Below, piece by piece: positions 53,288 through 57,881 of a stretch of 57,881 nt of DNA; within the stretch, counting starts at the first letter, position 1; every line of letters starts with the position of its first letter. The DNA comes from Candidatus Uhrbacteria bacterium (GTDB lineage: Bacteria > Patescibacteriota > Patescibacteriia > JACRJV01). Made by a program: the position numbers and the translations under genes. The DNA lies in NCBI GenBank assembly GCA_016215325.1, contig JACRJV010000012.1, forward strand, positions 1 through 57,881. The letters run 5' to 3'. The notes beneath the pieces were generated by a model, which saw nothing but the letters and a program-made list of their open reading frames with translations, did not search any database and was not told the origin of the DNA.

Positions 53288-53345
53288 AAATAACTCCTCT
53301 GTTCAGAGGAGTTATTTTAGTGAAAAGAAGGAATCGAACGGGCAG
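53269..53345 (+). repeat. Direct repeat copy 1 (tRNA-Trp 3' end + terminator + antisense T-arm-like fragment)
   Basis: attcctaccgcccccgccaaaataactcctctgttcagaggagttattttagtgaaaagaaggaatcgaacgggcag. Confidence 0.85.
53289..53318 (+). terminator. Rho-independent terminator after tRNA-Trp
   Basis: AATAACTCCTCTG-tt-CAGAGGAGTTATT-TT. Confidence 0.7.
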
Positions 53346-53429
53346 AAACGAGCTGTAGCGAGTGATCGCCAAGCTGCCAGTGGCAGGTTGGCGCTGCCCA
53401 GGGCAACGAAGCCCGAAGGGCGAGGCGGA

Positions 53430-53506
53430 ATTCCTACCGCCCCCGCCAAAATAACTCCTCTGAACAGAGGAGTTATGTGAGTGAAAAGTAGGAATCGAAC
53501 GGGTAG
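53430..53506 (+). repeat. Direct repeat copy 2 (161 bp downstream of copy 1)
   Basis: attcctaccgcccccgccaaaataactcctctgaacagaggagttatgtgagtgaaaagtaggaatcgaacgggtag. About 90% identical to copy 1. Confidence 0.85.
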
Positions 53507-53578
53507 CGTCTGACGTCCGGGCAGAAGCGAGCACCCTCTTGTCTTGACACGTTTTTTTTGGTAGAACTACTGGGTATT

Positions 53579-54619
53579 ATGAAAAAGAAAATCCTTTTTA
53601 TCGTAATGGGTGTGACTATTGGCATGACGCAGGGTCGGGGGGGGGGTGCGCTACGACCTCATTGGAGTGCCAAATCATTTCTTGTAATCGTTCCAACTCT
53701 TGGGAAGAAAGCGAACATTGTTTGCGAACAGCTTGAGAATCTTGATAGTTCAAATGTTAACCCTGGCCATTGGTCTACATTAGCTCGTCGAATTGGGAGG
53801 GTGAACACTCGGTATGATGGTATCATTGTAACGCATGGGACTGATACGATGGCGATTACTGCAACGGCCACGGCATTGGCGTTGGGGCGGGGCCTTCAGA
53901 TTCCGGTTGTGTTTACGGGTTCACAACTTCCGTTGATGGCGTTTGGATCGGACGCACGATTTAATCTTGAGAATAGCGTTAAAACAGTTATAGAGGCGTC
54001 AGATCAGAAAATTGCCGAAGTTATGATTGTGTTCGGGGACCGGGCTCTGCGGGCAGTACGGACAACAAAAATCAGCGAAGCGAGCTTCACCGCCTTTGAC
54101 TCTCCGCTATTCCCACCCCTTGCTCGCATTTCCGCTACAGGCGTAATGTTTAGCGATCAGGCGTATCGTCGGATACAGACCCGTTCGTCGTTGGAGGTTC
54201 GAGACCAATTTGATAGCAGCATTCTTGTTATTGACATCATGCCCGGCTTGCAGTCGGATGTCCTGCTGGACATTGTTCGTTCGAAGAAGTGCCACGGGTT
54301 GATTCTGCGTTCTCTGGGCGCGGGTAATCTCCCCACTGTTGGTGGTTATTCGTTTATCCCACTCATTAAAGAAGCAAGCAAACGTGGAGTACCGATTTTC
54401 ATCACGACAAAATTTTTTGGGGGGCGGACGCACTCCGATCTGTACGAACCGGGGCAGTCCGCATTGGACGCGGGTGCAATCTTTACCGGGGATCTCACCG
54501 ATGATGCACTTCAAGTGAAGTTGATGTGGGCGTTGGGTCAGGGATATCGGTCTCATACAGATCTTCAGAACGTAATCCATAAGAATTTTGTGGGGGAAGT
54601 CAGTTCAGCTTCATCGTAA
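53579..54619 (+). CDS. L-asparaginase family (type I / GatD-like) protein with a substituted N-terminal threonine motif
   Basis: IVTHGTDTMAITA (the HGTDT motif) and the overall AnsA layout are present. The N-terminal TGGTI(A/G) motif reads MGVTIGM. Confidence 0.7.
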   Translation: MKKKILFIVMGVTIGMTQGRGGGALRPHWSAKSFLVIVPTLGKKANIVCEQLENLDSSNVNPGHWSTLARRIGRVNTRYDGIIVTHGTDTMAITATATALALGRGLQIPVVFTGSQLPLMAFGSDARFNLENSVKTVIEASDQKIAEVMIVFGDRALRAVRTTKISEASFTAFDSPLFPPLARISATGVMFSDQAYRRIQTRSSLEVRDQFDSSILVIDIMPGLQSDVLLDIVRSKKCHGLILRSLGAGNLPTVGGYSFIPLIKEASKRGVPIFITTKFFGGRTHSDLYEPGQSALDAGAIFTGDLTDDALQVKLMWALGQGYRSHTDLQNVIHKNFVGEVSSASS

Positions 54620-54640
54620 CAGTATACTTCAGAAAAAAGT

Positions 54641-55597
54641 ATGGAGTCGGATCATTCCATTACCATCAATACTGGCCAGAGCATACCTCTCTTGGGCCTA
54701 GGCACTTGGCAATCAGAGCCGGGCAAGGTTGGCGCTGCGGTTGAATACGCGCTGTCCATCGGGTATCGGCACATCGATTGCGCGGCGGTCTACCGCAATG
54801 AGAAAGAAATTGGCCAAGCATTCCATACTGTTTTTTCAAAGGGGCAACTTAAGCGCGAGCAGGTGTTTGTCACCAGCAAGCTCTGGAACACCGCCCATGC
54901 TCCAGAGGATGTTGCACCAGCTTGCAAGCAAACACTCCAAGATTTGCAACTCGACTCCCTCGATCTCTATCTCGTGCATTGGGGGTTGGCAACGCCCCAT
55001 GTGACAGCGCAAGATGAACAGAATCATCGAGGGGAGCCCTTGGATGAACATGGCGTTTTGCGGACATTGTCGATTTCGCTCCAATCCACCTGGCAGGCGA
55101 TGGAGCAGTTGGTGAGCGAGGGGCTTGTCAAAGCCATTGGGGTGGCGAATTTTACAGGGCCCATGCTTATTGATCTGCTTTCGTATGCGCGCATTGCCCC
55201 GGCCATGAACCAAATTGAATTGCACCCGTACAACAGCCAGCAAAAACTCGTCGATTTTTGCCAATATAAAAATATTGCAGTCACAGCCTATTCGCCGTTG
55301 GGCCGGCCTGGGCAAACGCATGGCCATGGGGATCATGGGCATATTGTGGATGATCCGGTGGTCATTGGTATCGCCAACGTTCATCACAGAAGCCCAGCGC
55401 AAATTTTGTTGCGATGGGGGATCCAACGCAGCACGGTGGTGATCCCCAAAAGCGTGACCTCTGCGAACATCAAAAGCAATGTTGAGGTTTTTGACTTTGA
55501 ACTTTCCAAGCAAGAGATGGAGCAGCTGGGCAAGTTGGATCGAAAACAGCGCTTTGTGGATCCATATGAATGGTGGAATGTGCCGTATTTTGAGTAG
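54641..55597 (+). CDS. Aldo/keto reductase
   Basis: LGLGTWQSEPGKV...GYRHIDCAAVYRNE...LDLYLVHW...IELHPY...IPKSV. Confidence 0.9.
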   Translation: MESDHSITINTGQSIPLLGLGTWQSEPGKVGAAVEYALSIGYRHIDCAAVYRNEKEIGQAFHTVFSKGQLKREQVFVTSKLWNTAHAPEDVAPACKQTLQDLQLDSLDLYLVHWGLATPHVTAQDEQNHRGEPLDEHGVLRTLSISLQSTWQAMEQLVSEGLVKAIGVANFTGPMLIDLLSYARIAPAMNQIELHPYNSQQKLVDFCQYKNIAVTAYSPLGRPGQTHGHGDHGHIVDDPVVIGIANVHHRSPAQILLRWGIQRSTVVIPKSVTSANIKSNVEVFDFELSKQEMEQLGKLDRKQRFVDPYEWWNVPYFE

Positions 55598-55615
55598 ATA
55601 ACATCGCAGAAAAAT

Positions 55616-56878
55616 TTGTATATGTTTGGTGAACATCCAGCAATCGGATCAGAGGCGGTTAATGGACAGGACCCCAAGATTGGTAGTGAGCAGCGATTGG
55701 AAAGGGATTTCTTACTAAATTTTCAATACCAAAAGACTATCTGCCAGTGGCAAACAGATCTTTTATCTCCACTTTCATCAGAATCGCAGTCCGAACGTAT
55801 TAAAGCTCTCGACGGCTTTATACGCCAAGCAAAGAAAACATGTCAGGTCGAAGATGGTCGTTGCAAAGGCGGTTGGACACGCATGATGCAAGAAATGGTC
55901 ACTGACCAGCGGTTGGGGGTTGTGATCGACGCAGTAGATCAGAGTAAATTTTCAGAATTGATTGCTGAAATACCATTGGAGGAGGGTCGTGTCGAGACCA
56001 TCAAGAGTGCAAGTTTGGCCTGTGCGATGAGCGAAGTGGTGAACGAGCGAATGATTTTTCTTGAAAAATTGTTCATAGTAACATCCCGAGCAATCGAGCG
56101 AGAGCAAGTTCTCGACAACGAGATCATTAATCTATGGGTGAATTTATTTAAACAATTTTCGCTCTTGCGAGCAATGGCGCTCCAAGAACGCCTTCGTGAA
56201 CAGATCGAAGTTATTCAACGCGTTCGCGAAGAAACCCTACGTCGGCTCCAGCAAGTCTACGGGGCAAAGTTATCAGTTGAGGCGATTAAGCGCGTTCGCA
56301 CAGCGACCATCTCGATCGCCGATGAATATCTCAGCGCGAGTGCAGTATTTCGGGGCCGACTTCGACCATTTTGGGAAGCGGCATACTCTGCCAATGAAGA
56401 TAGTCCCACTGTATCCGTTGAACTCCACGGTCTTCTCGAGTGGTCACAATCAAATATTCCAAATCAACTATCGCATGAGTTGTGTCATGCATCCACCGGG
56501 CATGGCCCGCAACAACCGCAACAACCCAAGGACCCCACCGACCACATTATGGGTCAGCGTCGTGTTGGATTGAACAAATACAGGTGGGTCAACGAAGCGA
56601 TGACGGAACGCAGACGGGGGAAAATCTATAGTCTCCCCTCAGGTGAGCTTCACTATTTGACCGAACGACAAGTTGTCCAGAGCATGATTGATCAAGGTGC
56701 CATCAGCGAGGATACGTTAGAGGATTGGATTGCGGTTGAGGGCGACGATACGGAAATTGAGCAACATGTTCGAACGGCACACCCTCTCTTTTCGCAATAT
56801 CTTGATAAAATAAGATATGCGAACCCGTTCAGCGGGCAAAGAGAGCTCACACAATTGCTAAAAGAGATGAGTATTTGA
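55616..56878 (+). CDS. Hypothetical protein with an HExxH motif (putative metallopeptidase-like)
   Basis: 420 aa. It contains LSHELCHAS. The rest is helical and low-similarity, and I recognise no family. Confidence 0.45.
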   Translation: MYMFGEHPAIGSEAVNGQDPKIGSEQRLERDFLLNFQYQKTICQWQTDLLSPLSSESQSERIKALDGFIRQAKKTCQVEDGRCKGGWTRMMQEMVTDQRLGVVIDAVDQSKFSELIAEIPLEEGRVETIKSASLACAMSEVVNERMIFLEKLFIVTSRAIEREQVLDNEIINLWVNLFKQFSLLRAMALQERLREQIEVIQRVREETLRRLQQVYGAKLSVEAIKRVRTATISIADEYLSASAVFRGRLRPFWEAAYSANEDSPTVSVELHGLLEWSQSNIPNQLSHELCHASTGHGPQQPQQPKDPTDHIMGQRRVGLNKYRWVNEAMTERRRGKIYSLPSGELHYLTERQVVQSMIDQGAISEDTLEDWIAVEGDDTEIEQHVRTAHPLFSQYLDKIRYANPFSGQRELTQLLKEMSI

Positions 56879-57036
56879 AGTGAAGCATCTTGCTATCCGG
56901 TCATGGACTCGTACCGCAAAACCCTCAATAACAGCCATGTATCTGTTAGGCCCGTGATTGGGGCACCGTTGGGGATGCTCGCATACAAATATATATCCAA
57001 CGAGAAGTAAATCTTATTATTTTATAGAGTTTTCAT

Positions 57037-57786
57037 ATGCTCGAAGTATCAAGTAATGTCCCTGCCATCGCGCGATGTCAGCATGGGAATGTTGCAAGAA
57101 ACTGCGAGCAGTGCCAGCAAGGGAAAGCAGGCAACGGCGAAGTTGTTGCACAAGAACTCCATGACGGATTGCCCGTCATCAGTTCGGAAGAGTTTTCGCG
57201 GCTGTATAATACGGACGTAAGAGCTTTGGGGTCCTTAACGGCTGCCACATTTGATTTTAGAGGTTTTGTTCGGGCAATACAGGGAGTGGGCGAGCATTAT
57301 GTCGATGCGATGGCGACCAATGGTCTTCGTAAAGATGAGCAACAACCCGGGATTCATGTAGGAACAGATGGGATCACTAACTACTCTTATAACAGGCCGA
57401 TGAGTTCTCCAAAACAAGTGGGAGAATATGTTGTGTATATCGAGGTACCCGGGCGTCTCCAAAAGAAGATGGGGGTCGTCTGCAAGTATGATTCCTGTTT
57501 TACTGCCGATGGATTTAAAAAACAGTTTGATACGGATGATCAGGAAATTGCTCAAATTCAGGTACAAGAGAGCGGCCATATTGTTGTCCGCCTGAGTGTC
57601 GACCCAAAAGAAGACACATTAGCTCGCCAAAAGGCAAAAGTCATTCATGACGCGATTACCAAATACATTGAAAACGGTGGCGCTGTTGAGCAGATCAAAG
57701 ATCGTGTTGCTGATTTAGAGGAGAGGTTGCAAGATGTTAGTTCGGAGGATCTTATGGGCGATAAAAAGGTGTTGCAACAAGAATAG
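57037..57786 (+). CDS. Hypothetical protein
   Basis: 249-aa ORF with an N-terminal CxxxxxxxxCxxC segment. No family recognised. Confidence 0.45.
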   Translation: MLEVSSNVPAIARCQHGNVARNCEQCQQGKAGNGEVVAQELHDGLPVISSEEFSRLYNTDVRALGSLTAATFDFRGFVRAIQGVGEHYVDAMATNGLRKDEQQPGIHVGTDGITNYSYNRPMSSPKQVGEYVVYIEVPGRLQKKMGVVCKYDSCFTADGFKKQFDTDDQEIAQIQVQESGHIVVRLSVDPKEDTLARQKAKVIHDAITKYIENGGAVEQIKDRVADLEERLQDVSSEDLMGDKKVLQQE

Positions 57787-57881
57787 AAGTTTGTAATTGA
57801 CAGCTTGGGTTCATTTATGGCAGGCTAAGCAAGCAATGCCTATGGTGGACCCTCTCAGCACTAATTCGGTCAAAATCATGG

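Noticed and set aside
53208-53534. 108-aa minus-strand ORF
   Set aside because: It spans tRNA-Trp and the duplicated att-like repeats, so it is a translation artefact.

Overview
The window looks like a chromosomal segment from a small-genome, CPR/Patescibacteria-like bacterium. This call rests on three observations: a contiguous tuf-S10-spc-secY-adk ribosomal cluster with no L30 gene between S5 and L15, extended r-proteins, and core genes that lack Shine-Dalgarno sequences. Core content: rpsO, pheST, tuf, 21 r-protein genes, secY, adk, map, ruvX, tkt, tal, recO, prs, aspS, scpAB, a PBP5-like carboxypeptidase, tpiA, rpmG, ribD and several tRNAs.

I see three compositional classes:
- Core, about 50% GC, no SD.
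- A low-GC accessory array at about 1.8-5.9 kb.
- High-GC patches with strong GGAGG ribosome-binding sites at about 5.9-6.6, 11.5-14.6 and 32.4-37.5 kb.

The most unusual feature is the array at 1822-5848. Six same-orientation junction repeats (core GGGGCCAGCAAG...GATGTTAGAAC) separate five small modules: a hypothetical gene, brnTA, fic, a truncated serine recombinase and hicBA. The array is headed by a structured ~300-nt non-coding region. The 3' hairpin module of that region is nearly identical to part of a 235-nt group-I-like intron that interrupts a tRNA-Thr(GGU) gene 49 kb away.

Other notable items:
- A GHKL-ATPase plus STAS-like pair next to tRNA-His.
- A tRNA-Arg nested inside a tRNA-like shell beside a tyrosine recombinase that carries in-frame heptanucleotide repeats.
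- Genome-wide heptamer-phased dyad blocks at operon ends.
- A ~5 kb foreign-looking island splitting adk from map.
- A long promoter-plus-terminator leader upstream of pheS.
- A 161-bp tandem duplication of the tRNA-Trp 3' end.

All family assignments come from reading the translations and recalling family motifs. No database search was run.
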